A DNA stretch of 63,679 bases, filler included, from Saprolegnia diclina VS20 (taxonomy: Eukaryota), in the NCBI RefSeq assembly GCF_000281045.1. It is 8 parts of 2 records of this genome, joined end to end, with 100 filler letters (N's around TTAATTAATTAA, not from the genome) between each part and the next. Parts side by side here need not be neighbours in the genome. Positions count along the whole stretch, not along the records: positions 33,157 to 52,597 come from NW_008246140.1; positions 52,698 to 55,324 come from NW_008246141.1; positions 55,425 to 56,880 come from NW_008246141.1; positions 56,981 to 61,416 come from NW_008246141.1; 4 more parts are not named here. The stretch is one strand, 5' to 3'. A model generated the notes under the pieces. It was not told where the DNA came from. It saw only the letters and a program-made list of their open reading frames with translations, and searched no databases. Of the stretch, positions 48,197 through 58,779 are shown in pieces (within the stretch, counting starts at the first letter, position 1; each line of letters starts with the position of its first letter). Made by a program: the position numbers and the translations under genes.

Positions 48197-50322
48197 ATGC
48201 CCGACCGGCAGCCTTCCGCGACCGCCGTGCTTCCCATCGCGCCGCATGGCCTGGCGCCTTCACGATGGCCACGCTCGGTCCTGCTGCCGCTTCTTCCTCT
48301 TCTGTTTGCACTTCTCGTCGCTACGCAATGGCGCTTGGATCGCGACGATGCAGAAGGTACAGACACCGTCCCTTGCAAATACGCTAGCCCGGACGTCATG
48401 TACATGGCACCGCAGTTCTTTCTTCCACGGCCGTCCGTCGCCTCGTCGCCATCGCCCTCCATTGCCTCGCAGCGATCTGACGTGCGCGAGGCCATGGCTC
48501 TCGGCGCCGACGCCTTGCGCGTGCGTGGGCACGTCTTCGTGCTGCTTAACGGGGCCAACGACGGGCTCTTCATGGCCGCATATGACCTCTCGGACTTGGG
48601 CACGATGGCGCAAACCGCAGCACTCGCGCTCGGTGCCGACGCCGACTGGGTCGCGCTAGGCCTGCGCTTGTACTCGCCGAATGGGCAGCCACTGCAATCC
48701 GCAGCCGACGTCGACTCAATTCGCATCGTCCACGTTCTACTCGAGTTTCAGTCGTGGGTCTGGCCAGGCATTGCGATTGGTCATGTCCATACGCTATACG
48801 AAGGCAATAGGTCGATGCACTTGACGACGCTGAGCCTTGCGCCGCGCGTGTTTCTGCTCTCGGACTTTGTGTCCCAAGACGAAGCCGACAGCATCGTTGC
48901 CGAGGGCACGCCGCACTTGGCCGCGTCGCAAGTCGATCTCGCCGGTCGCGACGGTACATCTGCACTTCGATGGCAAAGGATCTCTTAGCGGGACGTGTGA
49001 ACAGGCGTCTCCAAGCACCGAACGAGCCAGACGGCGTTCTTGCCTCCCAGCCGCCACTCACGGCGTATCCAAGCCCGGGCAGCCGCCATTGCCCGTCTTC
49101 CGAGCCAGACGTACGCCGAACAGCTGCATCTCGTGCAGTATACGCCCGGTACCTACTACAAGCCGCATTTGGACACGTTTGGTGGCAAGACCATCTTGGC
49201 CGACCCGTCGCCGGAACCCGCAATCGACGCATACGACGCATGGGTTGTCTGGGCCGCGGCGGCGCTGAATGCTCTCGTCGCCAATGACGTAGCCCTGCCG
49301 CCGGCCTATCATCCGAACGACGGGCCTTTGTACCCTCGCACCACCGAGGCATTTGCCCACGCCCTTCTCGAAGTGTTCTTTGCCCATGCGGTCGCCACCA
49401 ACTACTTTGCTGCTCGGTACGGCAACCCATTCTCAAATCGACAAGAGCATCTAAATGCCATGACGGTAGATATGACTTGGCGTGGCAAGACTGGCTGCGA
49501 CTCAACCTCGACGAGAACGTTCCTGGCACGCTCCAAGAGCTCCTTACGGCGCGACCCGCCTACTTAGACGCGCTGATCAAAGCATGGTCCGACCCAATCA
49601 ACCGTGTCGAGCTCACGTACGCTGCCGTGCCTCGAGCGACCGCCGTCAACGGCCAGAGTCACTACTTTCGATGGATTCGATGGCTCAAAGAAATAGTCGC
49701 AAGCTGTGCCGACTGCCCCGCCCTCGTCCAGCCGACCGGCGAGTGGTATCCCAAGTTTGACAAGCGTTTTCAGCAACAGCTTCTCGAGCTCGTGCTTCTC
49801 GACGGCACAGCGCTCAAAGCGGCCACGAATGCCACGTACAGCGCCTGGCTGGTTGCGCAATACGAGCAAGGGCGTCGAGACGACCTGTTGCTCGACGCGC
49901 TGACGTCCTTTGGCCCTACGTTCCTGCCTCTCGTCGTAAGGCGATTTGAACATCGCGTTCAAGACGTCCGGCTGAAGTACGCGGTGCCGGCGCAGCTGCC
50001 GCGTCGTGCCGTGTACCGGCCCCAGCGTCTCGCGACTGTGTTTGTGTACCTCAACGATGTCAAGGCCGGGGGCGCCACGGCCTTCCCGTTTGCCAATGGC
50101 AGCGACGGCGAGCGTGGCGACGGCTGCCATGGGCGCGGCCTCGCCGTCGCGCCGCGGTCGCTGCACGCCGCGTTCTTCTACTCACAGACGCCCGAGCATG
50201 ATATCGACGTCCTCAGTCGACATGGCGGATGCGCCCCAGCGCGCGGTTGTATCAAGTTTGGCGCGAATGCGTTCCTTTGGAATAGCGACGCCGAGGAAGG
50301 CACGACGTTGTGGCGTCAGTAG
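48197..50322 (+). CDS. Prolyl 4-hydroxylase-like 2OG-Fe(II) dioxygenase with an N-terminal anchor and a large internal insertion
   Basis: Introns at 48954-49004 and 49417-49469. Motifs LSLAPRVFLLSDFVS, RTS, YKPHLD, RLATVFVYLNDV..GG.T.FP, SRHGGC and K..AN. Confidence 0.85.
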
Positions 50323-50649
50323 CGCCGGCAAAACCATGCTAGTCGGTTAACACTTGATGCAACAAAACGTATTTGTCATTGCTTCTCTCTCGTGTATCGC
50401 GGTCTGCATAGTACACGTTCTAGGTGCGTTGGCTGCGCGTACGTTGCGATGCTGCGGTCGGCCGGGCACCCAACATCGATCGCCAGTCTGCCTGCTTGAA
50501 GCTGCGGCATGCGGCGAGGCCATTGGCTAAAAACGGCCAATCATATGCCTTGGATTCGCATCCCGCGCACGGATTGGCTGCACGCAAAGATTTGCATGTC
50601 GACCAATCACGGTTCTGGCACATCACTTTGCACTTTTCAATTCACGACC

Positions 50650-51765
50650 ATGTTGCGCACGTCGCTCGGCCACCTCACGCTCGATACGTGCATCTACAAC
50701 GCCAGTGGTCCGCGCACGGGGTCCACCGACGCGCTGGCCAAGATTGCGTCGTCGGCTGCCGGCGCCGTCCTTGCCAAGAGCGCGACGGTCAACGAGCAGA
50801 GCGGCAACGACCTGCCGCGCACGTGGCAAGCCGACAAGGTCGCAAGCCTCAACTCGGAGGGTCTACCAAACAAGGGCATTGGCTACTACCTCGCATCTGA
50901 CGCGATTGCGTCGGCAAAGGGCAAGCCGTACCTCGTCTCGCTCTCGGGGCACAACCTGGCGGACAACCTCCGCATGCTCTCGGATGCCATTGCCACCGAC
51001 GGCGTCGACGGCATTGAGCTCAACCTCGCGTGCCCGAACGTCATTGGCCACCCGATCATCGCATACGATTTCGACCAGCTCCGCGATGTGCTCACGGCCG
51101 TCCAAGCCCACCCCGGCCTCGCCGCGTCCAAGAAGCTCTTTGGCATCAAGCTGCCGCCGTACTTTGACGGCCCTCACTTTGAGAAGGCGGCTACGATCAT
51201 CAACACCTTTAGCTGCGTGCACTTTGTCGCATCGATCAACACTGTTGGGAACGCTCTCGTGATCGACACCGAGGCCGAGATGCCCGCGATCCGCCCCAAG
51301 AATGGCTTTGGCGGTCTCTCGGGCCCTGCGGTTAAGTACACGGCGCTCGCCAACGTTAAAAAGATGCGCGAGCTTCTGCATGCGCGAATTGCGGTCGTCG
51401 GCGTCGGCGGCATCGAGACCGGCGACGACGTCTTCAACATGCTCTTGTGCGGCGCGCAGGCCGTCCAGATCGGCACGTGCCACTGGATCGAAGGCCCCAA
51501 GTGCTTTGACCGCATTGCCTCGGAATTGCAAGCCATTTTGCGCCGGAAGGGCTACGCCAACGTCGATGCGGTCCGCGGGCAGTTGAAAGAGTGGTCCAAG
51601 GACGGCGCTGCCAAGAGCCGCGCGGCCCGACAAACGACAACACCACCCGCCACCGTGTCGACAGCCACGGGGATGGATCCATCGGCGCTGCTGTTCGTGA
51701 TTGCCGGTCTCATTGCCGTCATTGTGGGCCTCTTGAGCGAAAAATATGCGCTGAGCAAGGCGTAA
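50650..51765 (+). CDS. pyrD: Class 1A dihydroorotate dehydrogenase (fumarate type) with a C-terminal hydrophobic tail
   Basis: Motifs NASG, KSAT, SLNSEGLPN, ELNLACPN, KLPPYFD, INTVGN, GFGGLSG, ALANV, GVGGI and QIGT. Intronless. Confidence 0.92.
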   Translation: MLRTSLGHLTLDTCIYNASGPRTGSTDALAKIASSAAGAVLAKSATVNEQSGNDLPRTWQADKVASLNSEGLPNKGIGYYLASDAIASAKGKPYLVSLSGHNLADNLRMLSDAIATDGVDGIELNLACPNVIGHPIIAYDFDQLRDVLTAVQAHPGLAASKKLFGIKLPPYFDGPHFEKAATIINTFSCVHFVASINTVGNALVIDTEAEMPAIRPKNGFGGLSGPAVKYTALANVKKMRELLHARIAVVGVGGIETGDDVFNMLLCGAQAVQIGTCHWIEGPKCFDRIASELQAILRRKGYANVDAVRGQLKEWSKDGAAKSRAARQTTTPPATVSTATGMDPSALLFVIAGLIAVIVGLLSEKYALSKA

Positions 51766-51994
51766 CCTCTGCAATAAACGAGTGACAATATTGCAGTGTT
51801 GATGAGTGCGAATCAACGTCTTATCTATGGATCTGACGGCTTTGTGTTGCTACTCGGCTCATTGTTGGCGGCCCAACGGAGGCTTGAGCTCGTCTCGTCT
51901 CATTCAAGCGCTACGCGCTCCCGACAGTAACTGTCGTAACACGTCTCCTCTAGCCGTGACTCGCACATCTATCATCGGTGACCACCCCATCATT

Positions 51995-52408
51995 CAAGGT
52001 TGGGCAAATACTGGATTTCTGTATCAAATACGCATATATAGTTTATTTGATTTATATAAGAATTATAAATGGTATATAATACCCTGACGTGGCAGGCTGT
52101 CCACGCAAGCTGCCAAAGAAATATAATGTTTAGAGAGTAAATATTAGTTGTCGGGGGTGGCGGAAGACAAGGGTGCGCAAAGCGATAGAATCACCCACCG
52201 CATCGTACCCGACTGCATTTACCCACCCTACATGACCATGTAGAGGCACCTAGCCTGTTTTACTCAGCTTACATGGCCATGTAGAAGGCCAAGAAGCAAA
52301 GCACACAGAGTATATACTGGATTTGTAATATTACGCGAAGTATATATATACGCATATATACGCAAATCCATTTTACAATAAAAAATATTTGCTAAATAAA
52401 CAACCTTG
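51995..52408. mobile_element. Non-autonomous DNA transposon (MITE) with P- or hAT-like termini
   Basis: Termini CAAGGTTG...CAACCTTG, flanking direct repeat CATCATT (51988-51994 and 52409-52415), and AT-rich subterminal repeats ATACTGGATTT and ATACGCATATATA. Confidence 0.7.
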
Positions 52409-52641
52409 CATCATTCCAGGCTACCGCCGACGAGTTCCGTCCCGACACCTAGCACCAGCCTACGACAACCACTATAAAGGTGCTTGTAGCGTGAAGGTGT
52501 AGAGAGTTGAAGCGCTTGCCATGGAAGCTTGCCATGACGACTGTCAACCGACTTGACGCGGACACCAAGCCGTCTGGTGGCGTTACCAAGTCGATTCNNN
52601 NNNNNNNNNNNNNNNNNNNNNNNNNNNNNNNNNNNNNNNNN

Positions 52642-52653
52642 TTAATTAATTAA
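52642..52653. other. Artificial contig linker
   Basis: TTAATTAATTAA in an N run. Confidence 0.95.
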
Positions 52654-52697
52654 NNNNNNNNNNNNNNNNNNNNNNNNNNNNNNNNNNNNNNNNNNNN

Positions 52698-52975
52698 GAT
52701 TTACCATAGTAGCGCTTCTCAATGCAAACTGACGCCAAGGGGAGACTCGAAGCCTCGGGTGCCGTCTCGAGCAGATCATTCAGAGCATCGACGACGAACG
52801 CTTGGTACCCAGACGCGTTGTAGTACGGCCAGAGAAGGTCGTTGGCGAGTCGCGGCTGGATAAGGTGGAGGTAGTAGAGGCTGGCCGCTACAGTCGCACC
52901 AAACCAGAGCGCACCAGCAACCAGAGACGGGTAGTGGCGCGACGAGCCGACGTATCCTGTAGGCAGCACCCGCAT
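52698..52975 (-). CDS. Large modular membrane-protein family member, 5' fragment
   Basis: TM segment followed by LANDLLWPYYNASGYQ, shared with the 58779 gene. Confidence 0.8.
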
Positions 52976-53200
52976 ACTTCTTTTGAATGGTTACTCAACT
53001 AAATCCGTGCGCCTCTGACTCTGAAACGACTCTGTTGGCACAAGCGTCGCCGTCGCGTTTCTAAATATGATGGTGTCGGCATAATTGCTATTCGCTTTAT
53101 CCATGCTAGAGCAGCTCAGGATGCATCTCTATTGGGAATCGAGGATCTACACTGGAGTACAAGTTGTACTATTACAGAGGGTCTTAGCAACACTTTTACA

Positions 53201-53833
53201 CTAGCGATCCTCAAGTGCTAGTGCCATGGCAAAGCGACTGGATATGCTTCGTCTCGAGTCGCACATCTGCGCCCGACGATGACTCGCGACCTCGAGCTTG
53301 TGGACGCACCACGTCTTGACGTCAAAGACGACCCACTGATTTTGATACCGAACGCTCAATAGTCCATTCAGAACCGCCGACGCACGGTCCAAAAAGTACG
53401 TTCCATCCTCGTCCAGCCAGCCGTCGTGACTGAAGAGGTACTTGGCCCCGCCGCAGAGCAGCATCGACGAGCTCACATGTGGATGCGGCCGTTTCCAGAG
53501 ACAACGCACCAGACCAAAGCAGACGCCGTTGCAGACAATCACCAGACCCACCAGCGTCAGTAGTCGCTCCAACGACCCAATCACGACACTGCCTGCCACA
53601 CACACCACTTGGTAGTCCAATGTAGCAATCTCACAAGTTGGAGATACTGTGATGGTGGCCTGGACCGGCGCCAGTGTCGCCAGCAGTGCCGAGATGAGCC
53701 ACATGAGCAGACTGTTGATGGTGGCGTACGCGATCGTGTGGTCTTGGGTCCAGACGAGCGAGATGTCGTTGACGATGCCGACAAGCCACGTGACTTCATT
53801 GGCCGCGAGACACGTCGTCCAGAGCGGGACGGG
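53201..53833 (-). CDS. Large modular membrane-protein family member, 3' fragment
   Basis: AANEVTW...FLDRASAVLNGLL...VFDVKTW; close paralog of 60592-61416. Confidence 0.8.
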   Translation of the reverse strand, partial: PVPLWTTCLAANEVTWLVGIVNDISLVWTQDHTIAYATINSLLMWLISALLATLAPVQATITVSPTCEIATLDYQVVCVAGSVVIGSLERLLTLVGLVIVCNGVCFGLVRCLWKRPHPHVSSSMLLCGGAKYLFSHDGWLDEDGTYFLDRASAVLNGLLSVRYQNQWVVFDVKTWCVHKLEVASHRRAQMCDSRRSISSRFAMALALEDR

Positions 53834-54922
53834 NNNNNNNNNNNNNNNNNNNNNNNNNNNNNNNNNNNNNNNNNNNNNNNNNNNNNNNNNNNNNNNNNNN
53901 NNNNNNNNNNNNNNNNNNNNNNNNNNNNNNNNNNNNNNNNNNNNNNNNNNNNNNNNNNNNNNNNNNNNNNNNNNNNNNNNNNNNNNNNNNNNNNNNNNNN
54001 NNNNNNNNNNNNNNNNNNNNNNNNNNNNNNNNNNNNNNNNNNNNNNNNNNNNNNNNNNNNNNNNNNNNNNNNNNNNNNNNNNNNNNNNNNNNNNNNNNNN
54101 NNNNNNNNNNNNNNNNNNNNNNNNNNNNNNNNNNNNNNNNNNNNNNNNNNNNNNNNNNNNNNNNNNNNNNNNNNNNNNNNNNNNNNNNNNNNNNNNNNNN
54201 NNNNNNNNNNNNNNNNNNNNNNNNNNNNNNNNNNNNNNNNNNNNNNNNNNNNNNNNNNNNNNNNNNNNNNNNNNNNNNNNNNNNNNNNNNNNNNNNNNNN
54301 NNNNNNNNNNNNNNNNNNNNNNNNNNNNNNNNNNNNNNNNNNNNNNNNNNNNNNNNNNNNNNNNNNNNNNNNNNNNNNNNNNNNNNNNNNNNNNNNNNNN
54401 NNNNNNNNNNNNNNNNNNNNNNNNNNNNNNNNNNNNNNNNNNNNNNNNNNNNNNNNNNNNNNNNNNNNNNNGCCGACAACTACGAGGCCACCTGCACAGA
54501 CTCACGTCCTGCAGTCGGTCTTGTGCCGTCTCGTGATCACGTACTCTTTGCTGCGCACTTGGCCAATTTGTCGCGATCGACCAACGCGTCGGCGGTCTGC
54601 GCCCTCGAGTCGTACTCGTCTCGCTCTTCGTGCATACGTCGCGTGGAGGCCGCAACAGCCTTTCTCGCGTATCTCCCGACGCTACCAGATACACGCTCAT
54701 CGCTTTATACAGGATATGCTTGTGGAAATTATGTCTTCAGCCACTACGCATATAGAAGACAACGCGTCGTCTGTCTAATTGTACTGGTGTTGTTGTATCG
54801 GGCTCTTGAACAAGCACGTTCCAATACTATTTGGCACATCGACAGTATGGAGGTCACCGTGTCCGAGGCGCCTGTCCAAGGCTCCGTCGAGCCATTTGAC
54901 GAAACGGGGCTCCTCAACCGTT

Positions 54923-55324
54923 TCACGTGGCGAGTAAGGACATGCGGGTGCAGCCAGCTGGACATCTTGGCACGACCCGCGCGTCGGCGTCTCTCGTTGC
55001 TAGCGCGCTTTGGCTTTGTGCCGTCATCGCAGTTGCTTCATACTGCACTGGATTGAGGAGCCGGACTTTCGTCACCGCCGTGCTGAAGCCAGATATCACC
55101 TCTTGCAAGGCCGACGGGACGCTGACGTAAACCATGTCGATCGATCCAAATGGCCCAAGATACGACGACATCAGCTTATAGTTGGCACTCCACGGCCAAG
55201 GTGGCAACACCTTTTCGGTCACGAGAATATCTTGTAGTGATGCATTTTGAAAAGCAAATCGACTGCTCGACCGGAGGAGACTCTTGCCACCCATGGACGT
55301 GGTGTTGGTGGCGAGATGGCCGAG
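54923..55324 (-). pseudogene. Internal fragment of the same membrane family, apparently interrupted
   Basis: KSLLRSS...LGPFGSIDMVYVSVP matches the family motif LGPxxSxDxYVVP. Similarity is lost after about 55000 and the frame closes. Confidence 0.55.
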
Positions 55325-55368
55325 NNNNNNNNNNNNNNNNNNNNNNNNNNNNNNNNNNNNNNNNNNNN

Positions 55369-55380
55369 TTAATTAATTAA
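55369..55380. other. Artificial contig linker
   Basis: TTAATTAATTAA in an N run. Confidence 0.95.
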
Positions 55381-55424
55381 NNNNNNNNNNNNNNNNNNNN
55401 NNNNNNNNNNNNNNNNNNNNNNNN

Positions 55425-56853
55425 AATTCGTTGGTTCCAAGTGTCAACGCGAGGTAGTCGTCGTCGGCCGATCGGCGGGATGTAGCACACGACTTGCTTG
55501 TGTAGTAGAGACAGGAGATGATACCAGCAATCGTGAGCAGCGAGCCCGCAATAAGGGCATACGAGATAAGCTCTACGTAGTTTGGCTGTGACGTTGACGA
55601 GTCAGCATATGCCAAACGTACCCCAAAGGTTGAGACGACTGAGATACGAAGTCTCGTCGGAGATGATGCACACCGTGTACTGGGGGTAGGCGTCCCAGAG
55701 GGGCATCACGCGTAGCTTCTCGCCCATGCAGTACCCAGCCTCAAGCCTTCGGACGTGAAAGCTCGTTGTCGGTTCGAGGCGCTGGAGCGCACGAAACGAC
55801 TTGGTGTCAAGAGTTGCTGTCGTGATGTTGCAGTTGGGACACACACTAGCTGAATTCATCACTACAAGAGAGGACTCGAGATGTCGTACAAGTGTTGCAG
55901 GCGGTCCGAGAGCTGCCATTCTTCGAGTCTGGTGACGTTATACACCTCCCTACACGATACTCAGCTCCCATCATCGCTGGAGAAGTCCCAATACAGTCGA
56001 TCGAGGCTCGACAAGTCGCGCTTGTAGAGATTAAGGTCGTTGACCGGGTCCAAGTGCCTACCATGCGCATGAGCCCGTCGGCTGGACCTGGTCCAGAATT
56101 CGTGAAGTGCCAACTTGTAGAGATTAAGGTCGTTGACCGGGTCCAAGTGCCTACCATGCGCATGAGCCCGTCGGCTGGACCTGGTCCAGTCGTCATACAG
56201 ATAGGTTAACGTGGGCGGGAGTTCACTCTCTAGCCAGACGCTGCTGTTGGCAATGACCCTAGCTGTACGGTTAGACGTTATTGTACATCAAATTTGGAAC
56301 GTACAATTCGCGGAGGCGGTGCAAGCGAGACGCATAGACGCTCACTGATTTGGTCGAGTTGGAGAGCGTCCTACAGAGAGTAATACATCCGAGTCGATTC
56401 TCAACATGTGCAGATGCCAAGAGAGACCAATATTCGAGGCCTCTGGGAACAGGGACGTTGTACAAGGTGTCCAAGGTATAGCTGTCGAGCCTTCTACGCA
56501 TCATCGTCCATGAAGAAATCCCAATGTGTATGCCAAGGCGGACAGCGAGCGAAGACTGGCCGGCAGCTGCCGGTACTTGTGCGTCAAATGACGGTCTTGG
56601 ACGTTGACCATGGTGCTAGTATACAGAGCGTGAGCTCGACAGGAAAAGCTCATCGGGCGAACAGATTGGCCGGCGCGTGGTGCGAGAGGTCGCCGAGGAG
56701 GTAGCCAGCGGCAAAATCAAAGCGGGTCGCATTCGCCGGGAGGGTCTCGACGACCGAGCAGTTGCGGCCAAGTACGCAAGCAGTTGCGCACGAGCCGTCG
56801 TTGGTCAAGATGGTCTCGCCGGGCTTGAGGTCGTCGTACTTGCAGGCGGCCAT
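55425..56853 (-). CDS. Probable multi-exon single-pass membrane protein with a Cys-rich/LRR-like ectodomain; may be degraded
   Basis: Exon-like pieces MAACKY...CATACVLGRNCSV, CPNCNITT...YTVCIISD and a TM segment LISYALIAGSLLTIAGIISCLYY. The exon structure is unresolved. Confidence 0.45.
56021..56189. repeat. Exact 76-bp direct repeat, period 93
   Basis: 56021-56096 is identical to 56114-56189. Confidence 0.95.
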
Positions 56854-56924
56854 TCGTGAATGGCAATCTGGTCCGGCTTTNNNNNNNNNNNNNNNNNNNN
56901 NNNNNNNNNNNNNNNNNNNNNNNN

Positions 56925-56936
56925 TTAATTAATTAA
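56925..56936. other. Artificial contig linker
   Basis: TTAATTAATTAA in an N run. Confidence 0.95.
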
Positions 56937-56980
56937 NNNNNNNNNNNNNNNNNNNNNNNNNNNNNNNNNNNNNNNNNNNN

Positions 56981-58779
56981 GCGCCAAGCACACAGGCCGA
57001 GTACAAGATGAGGTAGTAGAGCCCAATCGACGACGTCCCGAGCGTCGCGCTGTTGGGAGTTGTCGACGATATGTCGTAGGCGTCCGAGATCAAGACAAGC
57101 GTTCCGTTGTCGCCTTCATACGAGACGACTTCACGAACGCCAGCGACCCAATCCAAGAGAAGCACCCATCCGTAAAAGGTGAAAGGTGGCTCGAGTAGTG
57201 GCTGTACTAGCATTCGAACGTCGGTTTGAGCTGGATCCGAGGCAAACTGCATAAGACTAATGTTGAGCGACGCCACGGCTGTGGTTGCGTTCTGAAGCAA
57301 AACCGGGTCGATCTGTCGGTGCGGCAAGAGCTTTTGCGCGGCGAGTAGCGTCTCGGGACAGACTCGGCGCGACTGCTGCGCGCAAATCGCGTCGATCGAG
57401 TCGTGGACCAAAGACATCGCGATGACAAGAGATGGCCGCGGTATCGCCACCGTCCATTCGGACTGCGTGGAGCAGTCGTCGGTCGATGTAAACGGCGGTT
57501 GCACATACGTCTGTGGTGCGCCATACAGGCAAAAAGGACTCCCGCCGTAAAATACGAGGTCCGTCGACCACGCGGGCGGCACTAGCGTCACGCGCAAGTC
57601 CGTCTCGAGAGTCGAGTACATGTCTGCGGTCGATGCGTTCCAGGCGCCGTACAGCGCGGTGACACGGTCGGCTCTCAGAGAAATGAGAGACTCAGGTATG
57701 GGCACGACGTAGAGATCGCTTGAAAGGAGTGGCCCAAGGGCGTCGCGAATCATACCAATCGGGCGGAAGAACGGACTCATTTGGAGAAGCGACTCGAGAA
57801 ACGACTCGAACGAGACGGGTACGCGGCCGTCGCACAATGTGTTGAGGACGTAGTGTGGCGCGCCACGAAGAAGACTCGCGTTGCAGCCACTGACAAGGCG
57901 AATATCATCGAGAAGTGAGGGACTGAAGAGCGACATCACCCACGGCCCATTGGTTCTGACAACACTCTTGAGCACAACTGAAGTCTGGAGGCCAAGAGCA
58001 TTGACCAGCGTCGCCGTCTCGACGAGTCCCGGCCGCTTGATGTTTTGCCACTGATACGAATAGCTGTCAATACCATGCGATCGCCAGACAGTGGCTTCGT
58101 CCTGGACCGAGGTGGTCACGGCAGCGACAGCGTCGAGCCAGCGAGCGCCCATCGCTGAGGCTTCGAGGCCGCTCTCAATGGCAAACCAGAAATTGGTCGA
58201 GGTCGCAGATGCGGCGACAGCCGCTTTCCAGTTGGTGTTGCGCAAGAGAGACTCGAGGTACACTGCGCCGTTCGCGGCGTACTGACGATGACAGCGCGCT
58301 TGACGCGCGTCCGTGTGGGCGAGCTCGAACGATTGGTTAAAGTCGACCCAGCAGTACTGCGTTGGCAGTTGAAACAGCTGGGCATTCTCCGACAAGTTGC
58401 GCAGACTAGTGATGGCAAACTCGAGCGCTGTGAGCTTGGTCGTGAGCAGCGCCATCGCGTACGTCGGGTGCACAATAGCGCTGGTCAAGAGACTGTCGTA
58501 GTGTCCCTCGAGCGCCACAGACTGCAAGTCGACTGAGGAGGTATCCGGCGTCGTCTCCAATAGCGTATTCAGTAGATCGATGAGGAAGGTTTGGTACCCA
58601 GATGCGTTGTAGTACGGCCAAAGAAGGTCGTTGGCGAGCGGCGGCTGCAGCAGCCGTAGGTAGCAGACACTTGCAGCCAGCGTGGCGCTGAGCCAGAGGC
58701 TACCGAGCAGCAGCGACGACCAATGCCATCGACCACGTGGGTTGGCGGACACCGTCGGCTGGACTCGCTGGACTCGCAT
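56981..58779 (-). CDS. Large modular membrane-protein family member, N-terminal ~600 aa
   Basis: Motifs NDLLWPYYN, TQYCWVDF, NGAVYLESLLRN, YGGSPFC and FYGW..LLDW..G.REV.S..GD.G. Confidence 0.85.

Noticed and set aside
48197..51765. P4H-like gene and DHODH as a functional operon-like pair
   Set aside because: They are adjacent and co-oriented, but DHODH has its own Inr/FPR-like element (about 50630-50645), and nothing in the sequence links their pathways.
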